A model generated the notes under the pieces. The model worked only from the letters and a program-made list of their open reading frames with translations, did no database searches and was not told the DNA's origin. Position numbers and translations under genes: made by a program. From the NCBI GenBank assembly GCA_903813345.2, contig CAIIXF020000001.1, positions 29,760,001-29,824,000 of the forward strand: 64,000 nt of DNA. The letters run 5' to 3'. This DNA comes from Owenia fusiformis. Taxonomy: Eukaryota. This document shows, one piece after another, positions 1 through 11,878 of this stretch (position 1 is the stretch's first letter; each line of letters opens with the position of its first letter).

Positions 1-49
1 CAATCCTAATAAATATATTTAACTGTATAACTTTTGACTTGCTTGTTAA

Positions 50-437
50 AGGCAGAATCAGAGCTATAGGGAGATCAATATGCAAGCAATGTGTACAGCT
101 GATCTACCAATGTATTCCTGATTCGCTCAAATATAATATCTCCCAAAAGATTCGTGATATGTTATCAATTGATGAAGTTACTTAAGATTCAAAGTGCAAA
201 AATTGGGAAAAATTTAAATTCTCCCAAATAACAAAAATGGTAACCATTCTTATAGACAAATGATTGCATTGGTGTAAAAATCTTTAGTGTTCCTCAGATA
301 AGGTATATACTTGGGGTATTTTTAGAAAATAGACATGGCAAGGAATAATATGAGCCCAAAATATTGTAAAATTGAAACAATTTTCATAAAGATGGGCACC
401 AAAGTAATCGAAGTAATTGCTAGATCTGATTCTGCCT
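50..437. mobile_element. Non-autonomous DNA transposon, TTAA TSD, AG..CT termini (Kolobok-like), copy 1
   Basis: ttaa|aggcagaatcag ... ctgattctgcct|ttaa; a homologous copy lies at 26717-27087. Confidence 0.8.
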
Positions 438-2079
438 TTAATCTAGCTAACGGTATGCTGAATGCAAGATACACATACCCAGCATAAGAGTAACTGGGTT
501 CAGCAATCCTCTGATAATTACATGCCATCCTGTTGAAATTCTGATTGCACCATGCCAAAGGGGTGAAATCACCCTGCCAAAGGGTGAAATATTGAGATAT
601 CTTTGACAATTCTAGTAAAATTAGCACCCAGTGAAAGAAATCCTGGGGAGATCACTGACATGTACAGGGTGGGCCAAAAATGTAACCCAAACAGATGTTA
701 ATAACTCAGTCATCCATCATGGGTTTAATATTTGTTTTGGTTATGTATTGTCTACATTTGCTGGTACATTTGCTTAGAATTATGAAATTGTAAACAAAGA
801 GATATCACCCGTAAGTAAAACAGTAACTTATGTTTATCATAAAGCTATAAGTGAATTGAAATTTTATGTTTTGCAAAAAAGATGTACTATGTATTGTAGC
901 GATCAATTCTAATATCGCTTTCACCAAAAATGAATAGTTTTCTTCGTATAATTCCTTGCTTTTAATGTAGATTGAATAGTACCCGGGGAATAGTAATTTG
1001 ATCTTTTCCAAGTATCACACTGATTCCAGACCAATGACTGTTTGAGATGCCATTATTTAATAATCAATAGTTACTTGGATTGATATATAGAACAGTGCAG
1101 TAAATTATGATGTACTACACAAACTTTATTAATAATACACATAAGGGATTTATAAACACGTTATAAGTGATTTTACAAAATCTCTCCAATTTAAGTTGTA
1201 CTTAGCAGCATTAATATTATTGATAGTGATGAAATATCTGGGTGTTATTGATATCTGCATGCAATGGCTGAGACTGAAGTACATATGTTACTAGTTAATA
1301 TTACAACTATCCATGGTGATACCAGTTAAAATATTTTTTTGATATAATTTCGGTAATAAATCAAACTACATGTACATACAGTACATGTATTACTGTCATT
1401 TCATTTTTCTCGTGTCATCCTGAACATGTCTTTGCATTTCCAATTGGTATCTACCAGATTCAAATACTGTCAATAAATAGATGATTTGAACTTTAATGTT
1501 AGATCATACATAAGTGTGCGCTGGTTAAAACATACTCTAGTGAGGTAATTGCGGTTGCATACAAACATTTCCAATATTTTTGGTGCCAGCTGGGGAAGGA
1601 GGAGGGTGAACTGTGTCAAGAGGTGAAAGGGTTTAAAATGTCATGGAGCTTTAAACATTGGAATCAAGCAATATAATTTAATAGCTTCATAATAACAGTT
1701 TATACAGATAGCTGAAAATCAAGTATATATTCTATGTACAATTTCTGTAATGTGTGAGCATAAACATATGATATTACTCCTTTGTAAATGACATTTCATT
1801 AGTTTTTTTGCAGAATTGGTGTCCAGCCAACATTAATTTTCATACCAAAATAGTGATTGATTTCACATACTAATCTCCATGATATTGCCTTCAGTATTAT
1901 AAAAAAACATGTAATTGATAATAATAATCTAATATCACTATTGTTGACTTTTCACTATTCAAATGTGAATCCTTGACTCGGATAATACTCCATAAACAAT
2001 GGTTTCATTCTCCCTTTATTTTCCTTTAATGAATATATGCGTCAGAACTGAATTTGCTACATCTGAAGATATGACACAA

Positions 2080-5000
2080 TTAAAATCCTACGACTCTGGC
2101 AAACATTTGGGGTGTCATGGGGGTTGACGATGCTTTCAAATCTGTGAAGTGGCATGGATGGCCATGGCTCTCCCAATAGAGGGAGCCACAGTTATTGCAT
2201 GAGTGAATCATGACGGCATAGACATCTTTAGTACCATGGCGTCTGAAAATCAAAATTGAAGAAATAGCATGGTGTAAAATGACATTAATATACTGCTTTC
2301 TGTGAAATTGTTGACCAATGTACTATATTGGCCAATATGATTGAAAGTGAGGTCTAATGAAAGTAAACTGTAAAAGGTTGTTAAAGAGATTGTTAATATA
2401 ATATTATTTATGTAAGACATCATAAGACAGGCATTTTTTATTGAATTCATTTTTTCAAATGTCAACCTTTGTTTTATTACTTTATGTTTTATGTTAGATC
2501 TTTAGCAAAGGATACCTCTGGAAAGAATTGCATGACACAGTAGTTATATGTCGTTTATGGAAGAAATGTATGTCTACGTACAACCTGCTATAGATTAAAA
2601 TTAATTAATTGTCATTTATGGCATAGGTGAGCCAATACATCTGTCCACTCACAGGTGACAGATGACACATGTATGTATAGAGTCTAGACCCTTGATATTA
2701 CTCTGAAGATCTGAGTTGCTTTAGATAAATAGATTATACTGTTTTATGATGGTAAAACTTATTCAGAAGTTCATGTGATTTCCCCCCCCCCCCCAGGTAC
2801 CCCTGTCAACAAGAGTTGTCACTATAAACATTTAATAAATGCATGAATGATAATATTAATCAGTTACTCGTAATGTCAATGTTCCCATTGCATGATTTCA
2901 TGTACCACACTAATATGTTGTACCTGACTAGTTTTTTATAAAGCAACTTCCAATCCACTCCTTCCTCGAAACTTCCCCCGAGTCGCTGCAACATTGTCGC
3001 AAGTTGGACATCGTTGAAGTGAAAAAGGCACATTTGTTTCCACATCTGATTGTCTGAAGAAATGTTATACATTGATTGTTGCGTCTCCCCAGAATGGACG
3101 AGGTCAATGTGGTCAGAAAGTTGGACAAGAATATTCCGGATGCAGTCGTCAGGGAGATCACTAAGTGTCAGCTTCCCATCATCTTTACGCTAGGGAATAC
3201 AATGATGAAATGTTTATATTCATTGTTATGATCTGGTTCATCATTGACTCTTGTGTTCAGTATTACTTAACCGAGGTAAAAGGTCAATATATGTATTAAT
3301 GCATGCTGTGTACCCGAAAAACGTATTTGATTATATCTTATAGTGTACATCTTTTTTTTAGAAGGTACAGACTTTTATTATGTGATTATTGTGTGATTTG
3401 AAAAATTCAATAAGTGTTCAGTGACTTTTTCGGAAATGAGACTGTATCCTTTAAAGGCAAATGTCGTCTTTTTAGAAAATATAGCACAGCCTTAATACCT
3501 CTTGCATTTTGAAATTGTTAAGACGTCTTTCCATCTTCTGAACTGTCTGGTTGTGTTTATCATGTAGAGCTAAACTGCCTACATGGTTAGGGTAGAATGC
3601 ATTGTCATTCAAAGCCTCGGTAAGGTCAATTAGTAGTCTATGAACCTGTTTGATATTGTTGCCTGTCTTCAGTACTGAAATCAGAAGATGCTAGATTTAC
3701 AAAAAGTTTGAGGGATTGCATTGGAAAATGGGTATGAGTATACTTTTACCCACAAAAATGGTCTAACTGATTTAAAGCAATCCTACTTCTTTAAACTGTA
3801 ATGTTAATGCATGAAAACAAAGTGGTAGTATCTGCAGTAGATATGCCCATATCCTCTGCAGTAGATATGCCCATATCCTCCTTTTACTTTGTGAAGGAGG
3901 TACACAAAGCAATGTCAAATCCAAGCAACAAGTCCAGTGAATCTCTTTATATATCACTACATACCATGATTGAACGCCTCTTCTAGAATGGTCAGGATAT
4001 ATTTCTGTGCAGTTCCACTCAAGTTGCCAAAGTTGTGACGAATGAAGTACTGGAGCACCTGGACAAAATATTTTAAACATTCATTTCTCTTCTTGTGTTT
4101 GAAATATAATAGCCAACTGTTCAATAATTTCTCAGATTAAGGTTGCACTACCTTTGGAGTATGAATGACTAAGTTAAAGGTCCAATTAAAAAATTCAATA
4201 AATTGTTGAGGTGGGTCAACTCTTACACTGTAGTTAAACTAACGTCAGATGTATTGTTTATAAGGGTTTCATTATAATGATTGTACAATATGAAAAGACG
4301 CAATTTCAGTAAATAAAGATTCAAAGTATTCAGCTGATGAAAAATGCTCAATATTCCCAAGAGTAATCAATGTATGCATTTAATCATTTTTTTAAATAAC
4401 TGAAAAATTACCTTGCATGTGTAGGCGAATCTCCTTGGATCTCTGGCAGCCCCCACCATGTCAAGTTTACTAAAAGATTCTGCCAGACTAGTAGATCCTG
4501 TGCACTGGAATACATGATTGTCTATATTTTTGATTGGGAAAGGACAACCTTAAGGCTTAAAGAGCAAGGTGGGTGAATGGGGCTGAAGAAAAAGATCTCA
4601 CATAAAGTGAGTGAGGTGACTAGTAGTGTGGATTTTTAGGTTTTGAGATAATTGTTCTTGTTTAATTGCCAAATTCATTAATACTTGTAATTACAAGTTA
4701 TATGAGAATTAAGTACTTGGCCATATGTGATCAACTATAACAAGCACTTTTCATGCATTTTTAATCATTAATAATCATTAATAGCCTATTAGTCACATAT
4801 TCTATATGTAACTACTCATTGTGACCAACTGTAATTTCAGTGTCATCCACGTCCCTTGATATACTAAAAATCAATGTTCTATTGACTGAAGTATGTGTAT
4901 TAGACATTTTATATTAGTTAATTGTAGCTGGCATTAATTATATGGATTTGTGTTTTCTTATTTCTGATTTGCAATGTTGACAGTGATTGAAGAAATCCCC

Positions 5001-8000
5001 ATCCATCAGAGCCCCGCGATTTGAAAGAATTGTCAAGTAAATTTGTCATAACCTCATGGGAAGCTGAAATCATATCAGGGTCAACATTTCTAGTGTTGAT
5101 TTATATTTATTTAATGATGATGTCTCTGTGCTTTTGCAACAATTATAGAAAGATACATATTCAGGCCCGTAAGACACTTTTCTCCAAGGGGGGTGCGGTT
5201 TTTAGCTTACTAAAGAGAATATAAAATTGTCAATTTTTTTGCCGCGTAAATCAAATCGCGTAAGTCAGAGGGGGGGGGGCTCAGTTACTCCCTATATTGG
5301 TTTGGAATTAACAAATGCAACTTCCAAACTGTCCAATTGTTTTATATGGGTTGTGAGGAGTGGTCCACTCCCCCTAGAAAATTTTACAGTTTTGAGATGC
5401 TATTTGGTGCTTTCTGGGCACTTTCAAAGTGTACGTTTCCAAGTAGTACGCCACCACCATGGGAATAAGAGTTGAGTGAATAAAAAACCGAGCATTTAGG
5501 GGGGTCTGGGCGTTCTCCCCCAGGAAAATTTTGAAATTTGGTTGTATTTGGAGTGAATTTGCAACCATCTGGTACGCCTGTGCGTTATGAGTCAATAAGA
5601 AAAATGTGTATTTTTTTCAAATTCTTTTGGGGGTGTCAAAGTCAATGAGAGGGTGAAATGGGGTGTGGTGCCAGTAGGGGAGCAAGGGGTTGTCCCCCAG
5701 AAACATTGACCATATCAAGGTGCTATTTGATAATGTCTGGGCACTTAAAAAATGTCTGAGACAATACATGAAATTCAGAATATTTTCTTTTGTTTTGTGG
5801 GGGATGTGAGGGGTGGCTAACTCTCCTAGAAATTTTTACAATTTAAAGATGATATTTGGTGCTTCTGGGCACTTTTAAAGTGTATTAGTCAATAAAAACA
5901 TTGAAAAACAATCACAATTTTCAAATTTTGGGGGTGTCAAAGGGGGGGGGGGGTGCCAGAGGGGGTGGTGGGGCTGGGGTGCCAGAGGCCGGAGCAAGTG
6001 TTTGTCCCCCATATCAAAATTTACGATATCAAGGTGCTATTCGATGAAGTTTGGGCACTTTAAAAGTGTCTGTGCCTAAAAGTGCCTATTTCCCAAGAAA
6101 ATTTTACAATTTTAAGATGCTATTTGGTGCTTTCTGGGCACTTTAGTCAATAAAGTCAATAAAAAAAGATGCCAGAGGGCGAGTAAGTGTTAGTCTTCCA
6201 GAATCATTAACTTTATCAAGGAGCTATTTGATGATGTCTGGTCAATTTAAAAGTGTCTGAGACAATACATAAAACAAATTCAGAACTTTTCCATTGTTTT
6301 GTTTGGGGTGTGAGGGGTGGCCCACTCCCCTAGAAAATTTTACAATTTTACAACGCTATTTGGTGCTTTCTGGGCACTTTCAAAGTGTATGAGTCAATTA
6401 AACAATTTGAGAAAATCACAATTTTTTTGGCGGGGGGGGGGGGGGGTCAAGGGGGGGGGGCGCCAGAGGGGGGGGGTCTATGCAAGTGCAAGAGGGGGAG
6501 CAAGTCCCCCAGAAACACTAACTTTATCAAGGAGCTATTTGATGATGTCTGGGTACTTTAAAGGGTGACGCATATCGTTTAGCAAATCGAATGCTCGTTT
6601 CTGGTGTTGCTCACCGTTTAGTATAAAAGGCTCGATCCCGGAATAATACTCAAGGGTTCACAGGTTCGAGGTCGTTGTGTCAACACCTCTAACTGTTATA
6701 TAGCATAAGTATATTATAGATCGTCACACATTTATAAAAGGGTGATTTTTATTTTGACAAATAAATTCCACATTTATGGGTGAAGTTTCAGGATCTTCTA
6801 TTTGTGTATAATAAGGAAAAATTGGCATCTAAATTTCCCCATAACGTAATAGCACACAGCTTGGTATATGAAATATCCTACAAATGAAACAAAGCAATTC
6901 TAATACAAGGATTTATATTGGCTGTTGTACATGCATTCTTTGAAGGCAATCACTCTTTTGATAACGTTTTCAAAATCATTATAAACGGATTACTTTATCT
7001 CAAAGACAATTTCAATAAACTGGATTTTACAGAACTCCCCTTATTTCTTAAAAATGGACTGATCCAGTTGATTCGCCTGGAGCCGCCATATTGTTTTTAT
7101 ACGGGATGCTAAACGGAACCCTTTAAAAGTGTCTGAGACAAAACACTAAAATAAATTTAGAACTTTTCCATTGTTTTGTGGGGGGTGTGAGGGGTGGCCA
7201 ATACCCCTAGAAAATTTTACAATTTTAAGATGCTATTTGGTGCTTTCTGGGTACTTTCAAAGTGTATGAGTCAATGAAAGAAAATTACAAAAAAATATTT
7301 TTCAAAAAAAATAATTTTTTTTCACATTTTTTTTTTCAAATTTATTTTGGGGGGTGACAAAGGGGGGTGCGGTCGCACCCATCGCACCCCCCCATCTGAC
7401 GGCCCTGATATTGAGAAATGTAATTCACTTCCATCCCAGTTGATATCAGTGTTTTAAGTCTACTCCAAGCTTTAGGCTATTGTCACACCCCTCCTATAGC
7501 AAGGAGAATTCAAAGGGCAACATTGATACACAAAACCTCATCAAGATCCATATTTTAAAAATCTTCACTATTTCTACTTTTTCTTTCAGGACTACTCTTA
7601 ATAGAAATTAGAAAGTCATGATAAATATCTAGAAATTGTTGCTGTATTTTTAAGACAATCCTCAATAGCAGCTGAATCTGAAGTGATGCTTCTTAAATCA
7701 TGATAATAAGGTTACTGAAGTACAATAACCAAATCAGCTGTTTGGGAAAAATCATTCTATTATCTGAATGTTTGTAAGGATTTACTATTGATATGTTCCT
7801 GGTATGATGCAGGATTTCTAACAGAAAACATATTATATTTCCCGTTCAGGTGTATGCCCTTCTTGAAATATTCCTGAATAGTCACTCTGAACCAGAATAT
7901 GGCCATTGTATTGGGGCATTCAGTACTTATGTTAGTATTTTTTGTGAAGGATGTTGTAACTCATGGCTATGATCCAGTTTAGTTCAAGTGTTAATTGTGA

Positions 8001-11000
8001 AAGTGTGATCTAAGCCATTAATCTCTGGTCAGGTGGCTTCTTGCCAATGTTATTGTGCATTAGTTTCTAGAACTGATATATCTGGCTAGTTGCCTCATGA
8101 TCTGTTGCTGATGAGTGTATACTTTAAAACATCTGTCTGGTATTTTAGATGCCATAAACAAATTTTGTTTTTGGACCAAATTTAGTTTTGTAGATTACAT
8201 CATTATTTTTGCATCTTATTAAACAGTCAAATGCTTCCACCCCATTCAACAGTCAAATGCTGCATTGTTTGTTGAACCTCATTCAAAAGTCAAATGCTGC
8301 ATTGTATGTTGAACCTCATTCAAAAGTCAGATGTTGTATTCTATGTTGAACCTCATTCAACAGTCAAATGCTGCATTGTATGTTGTACCTCATTCAACAA
8401 TCAGATGCTGCATTATATGTTGTACCTCATTCAACAGTCAAATGCTGCATTGTTTGTTGTACCTCATTCAACAATCAGATGCTGCATTGTATGCTGTACC
8501 TCATTCAACAGTCAAATGATGAATTGTTTGTTGTACCTCATTCAACAGTCAGATGCAACATCGTATATTGTGCCTTATTTAACAGTCAAATGCTGTATTA
8601 TATGTTGCACCACATTCAAAAGTCAGATGTTGTGTTGTATGTTGAACCTCATTCAACAGTCAAATGCTGCATTGTATGTTGTACCTCATTCAACAATCAG
8701 ATGCTGCATTATATGTTGTACCTCATTCAACAGTCAAATGCTGCATTGTTTGTTGTACCTCATTCAACAATCAGATGCTGCATTGTATGCTGTACCTCAT
8801 TCAACAGTCAAATGATGAATTATTTGTTGTACCTCATTCAACAGTCAAATGCTGCATTGTTTGTTGTACCTCATTCAACAATCAAATGATGCATTTTATG
8901 TTGTACCCCATTCAACAGTCAAATGCTGCATTGTATATTATACCTCATTCAGCAGTCAAATGCAGCAAAGTAGGCTATACATAATGCAGCAGTCTAAAAG
9001 TTGTTCTGTGGTCAATGTAGGAACCATATCTATTGATGTATAAACCACTTTTTTTTATTTACCAGTGCAGTAAGTTTGTGTTATTGTAGAAGGGCTTTCA
9101 TTTCCTTCTAGCAGGGAAGTACGAAGTATTGATTTCCTCCAGGACAGCTGATAATCAATATGTAATTGTATAGCAGGAGATGGTCTCAGATCACTTGCAT
9201 AACATATCTCATTCCAGATTTACTAGTTTAGAGATATATGCTTGCATTTATTTTCTTGAGAATCTCTTTTGACATTTAAGTGAATGTAAATCTGTATTGA
9301 GAAATGAACTGTGTCACCTTGATACGGGATATAACCCTGTTAAGAGCATTGAATAATTGACATTGCTTGGGTGTATTTTTTTTGAATGAATGATCATGAT
9401 GCAGCACTACAGCATAAAAAATAACTAGGTTAGCATTGATATTTTGAATTGGCTGTGGCAATCTTAATTCTTATCAGTGATATGTGACATTCATAAAAAA
9501 CAGCACTTGTCAGTTTTCTCTCATTTATTTCATGTTTATTCTGATGATGAAGAATTCACCATACAGTTGACCTTGTAAAGGTAATTGGATGAAAGTTACA
9601 ATGGGCAACATCTGAAGAATACAAATGATATTCTATAAAGCATATTACCAACCAACAGTCTATATCACAGTATCAGTTGTATTAAAGGAACATTCCTTGC
9701 CAGACTATTTCTCTCCTTATATGGTAGCTACAATCATATATATACTTTACATATTTAGCAAAACACGGGAACATTTTTTAATATGGTCAATATTGATCAT
9801 TTAAAAATTTAGTACTCATTCCCAGTAAGCTGCCATCTTTTCAGATTTCTTTCAGGAAGTGATGTCATCGACTCTCACCTGTTATAACCTTGTCTATTAC
9901 AGTATAGGAAAGAAGTACAAAATCATTTCTAAACAAGAAGCCCTTATCTTCTGTGTAAAAATATTTTCAGGAGTTTCAACTTAGAACTAAAGAAGAGATC
10001 ATCAAAAGGATTTTAATCATAGACCAAATTGAAAAAAATATTCAGCTGGTTTAGTAATTCTAATAGCTCCTTACCTAATGTTATATGCAAAGTTGAGAGT
10101 CGATGACATCACTTCCTGAGTGAAATTTTAAAAGATGGCAGCCTACTGGAATTGAGCACTACATTTTTAAGTGATCAATATTGACCATTTCAAAACATTT
10201 TTCTGTTTTTTGATAAACTTGCAAAGTATGAATATGGTTATAGCTACCATATTAGGAAAGAGATGGTCTGGCAAGGAATACCCCTTTAATGATCTCTAAA
10301 CACAAAAAATAATACATCCCAAAATCGATGTACATGAACCTTGTAACACATATCAGTATTATTCATGCAATACAAATAAAGTGCCAATATACCTCCTTTG
10401 TTGTGTGCTTTGGTATGAGTACATGTGGAGGTTGATGACAGTGGCTGTATTCATCTTTCTGAATAAATGTGTTCTGTTCTAAGGCTTCCTTGAGAATTCT
10501 GAAAATCAGATAAAACTTATAGAGAGGACATTGCAGGATTAGCCAGCAACAATTTTACTGATAATTCACAAAAAAATTTTAAGCTTATGAAATGTTTTAA
10601 GGAAAGGCAGATGTTTAAAAAGGATCTGACTACCTCATTTAATTGGATTTATGCCAGGTTAAGAGCATCTTTGAGGTGGTATTGGTGCCAGCAAATATTA
10701 TGCAATCTTTTTTTCTGTTTGTAAAGCCCATGGTAACCCAATGACAGCACAGTGTGTAATGTTCATGTGGTGTTACATAATGCAGGTGCACTATAAGTTT
10801 ATACAGAATATATGGATTAAAAATATAAATAAAGAAAAAATCAATATCATGTGATATAGAAATGTGAATTATTTAGAATTTTGTTCTTCGGACCAGAGGC
10901 ATGAAGAATATTAGTCCTTTAATCAACCCGATGGTGTTGAATAGAGGACTATTATCCTGTAAATGACAAACGCATTAGAGTTTATGCCCCGGGTTTATGC

Positions 11001-11437
11001 ATGGACTGTGTATCTTTCTCATTATCAATCATCATTGCAGATACCAAATATCATGTGTGTATTCAGATATATGTCTCTGGTGTATTGATAGTAATGTTGG
11101 AAAATAGGTGGTGAACACTCATCAAATCTATTGAATTAATAAAATGTTGATTGAAATGTGAATAAAGTCAAATGAAATATAGTTGAATGCTAACCATACT
11201 GCACTACCTAATAATATTTTGTTATTGGGAGTCAATATTGATACTGCGACACAGAATATGTTAATGAGATGTATAATGTAAAATCCATACAAGATGCTGA
11301 AAATCTTACCTCGAAACAATATTTTCGTTCAAATTCTCCAGCAATCTGAGCCTCCATAACTTTAATCTATCCCATCCTTCGGTAGTTTTAACCCATTCCT
11401 CACCAGGACCACGCCAATCCTGTCCTAAAAATGGCAT
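2080..11437 (-). CDS. FBXO32: F-box only protein 25/32 (atrogin-1/MAFbx family), 7 exons, ~341 aa
   Basis: GT-AG exons 11310-11437, 10393-10498, 4412-4504, 3965-4058, 3499-3674, 2924-3189, 2080-2242 join in phase (1026 nt). N-terminus [22 protein letters not shown] is the FBXO25/32 signature. Also [24 protein letters not shown]-box [21 protein letters not shown] and C-terminal [16 protein letters not shown]. Probably co-orthologous to both vertebrate paralogues. Confidence 0.93.
5162..7407. mobile_element. hAT-like non-autonomous element with internal sub-repeats and G-tracts, 5-bp TSD
   Basis: atatt|caggcccgtaaga ... tctgacggccctg|atatt, with repeated internal gatgctatttggtgctttctgggcacttt blocks. 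Confidence 0.75.
6562..7122. mobile_element. Kolobok-like TTAA element nested within the hAT-like element
   Basis: ttaa|agggtgacg..cgtttagca ... tgctaaacggaaccct|ttaa; it interrupts the host sub-repeat gggcactttaaaagtgtctg seen intact near 6052. Confidence 0.75.
8222..8962. repeat. 37-bp minisatellite (~20 copies) in FBXO intron 2
   Basis: Unit cctcattcaacagtcaaatgctgcattgtatgttgta, with a 296-bp higher-order periodicity. Confidence 0.95.
9686..10285. mobile_element. Palindromic MITE, TTAA TSD (Kolobok-like)
   Basis: ttaa|aggaacattccttgccagac ... gtctggcaaggaatacccct|ttaa; inverted arms of roughly 200 bp. Confidence 0.82.
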
Positions 11438-11878
11438 GACGATGTAGAAATCTCTATTTCAGTGGTACGTACTTCGACTGCTTTGTTGTGAAAAATATTA
11501 CGTTTTTGTTTACATCGGAAGTTTATTCTGTCACGGACTGATTGTCGTTCTGATCGCCTATTGGTCTACCTAATTTATGTAAATAGACAGAAGCACGTGA
11601 TCAATTAAGGATTTAAAATAAAAATGAAGCGATTTTAACATTACTTTTAGTACGTATGCTCCTATTTTAACATGGTTATTGCAATAAATGGCTCGATCAT
11701 TGACTAATTCAACTTTCTGGCATAAAATGATAGTTGAGCTTATGATACAATAATTTTCGCATTGCTCTCATATAGGTGGCGCTAGGCATCTTCCGTGAAA
11801 ATTTTATTTTTATTTTTCTGCAGCAAAAATGAATATCATGCCTTCATAGTTGTTCCAAGCGGTACTTAAGAAAGTGCT
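11438..11878. promoter_or_regulatory. Bidirectional promoter and 5' UTR region shared by FBXO25/32 and EFR3
   Basis: 441 bp between two divergent ATGs. Contains CGGAAGT (ETS-like, ~11516), ATTGG (CCAAT, ~11560), CACGTG (~11594) and a CTCF-like AGGTGGCGCT (~11774). Motif roles are inferred. Confidence 0.65.

Noticed and set aside
8294-9043. Cys-rich ORFs of up to 173 aa
   Set aside because: They are translations of a 37-bp (non-triplet) minisatellite in several frames, inside an intron.
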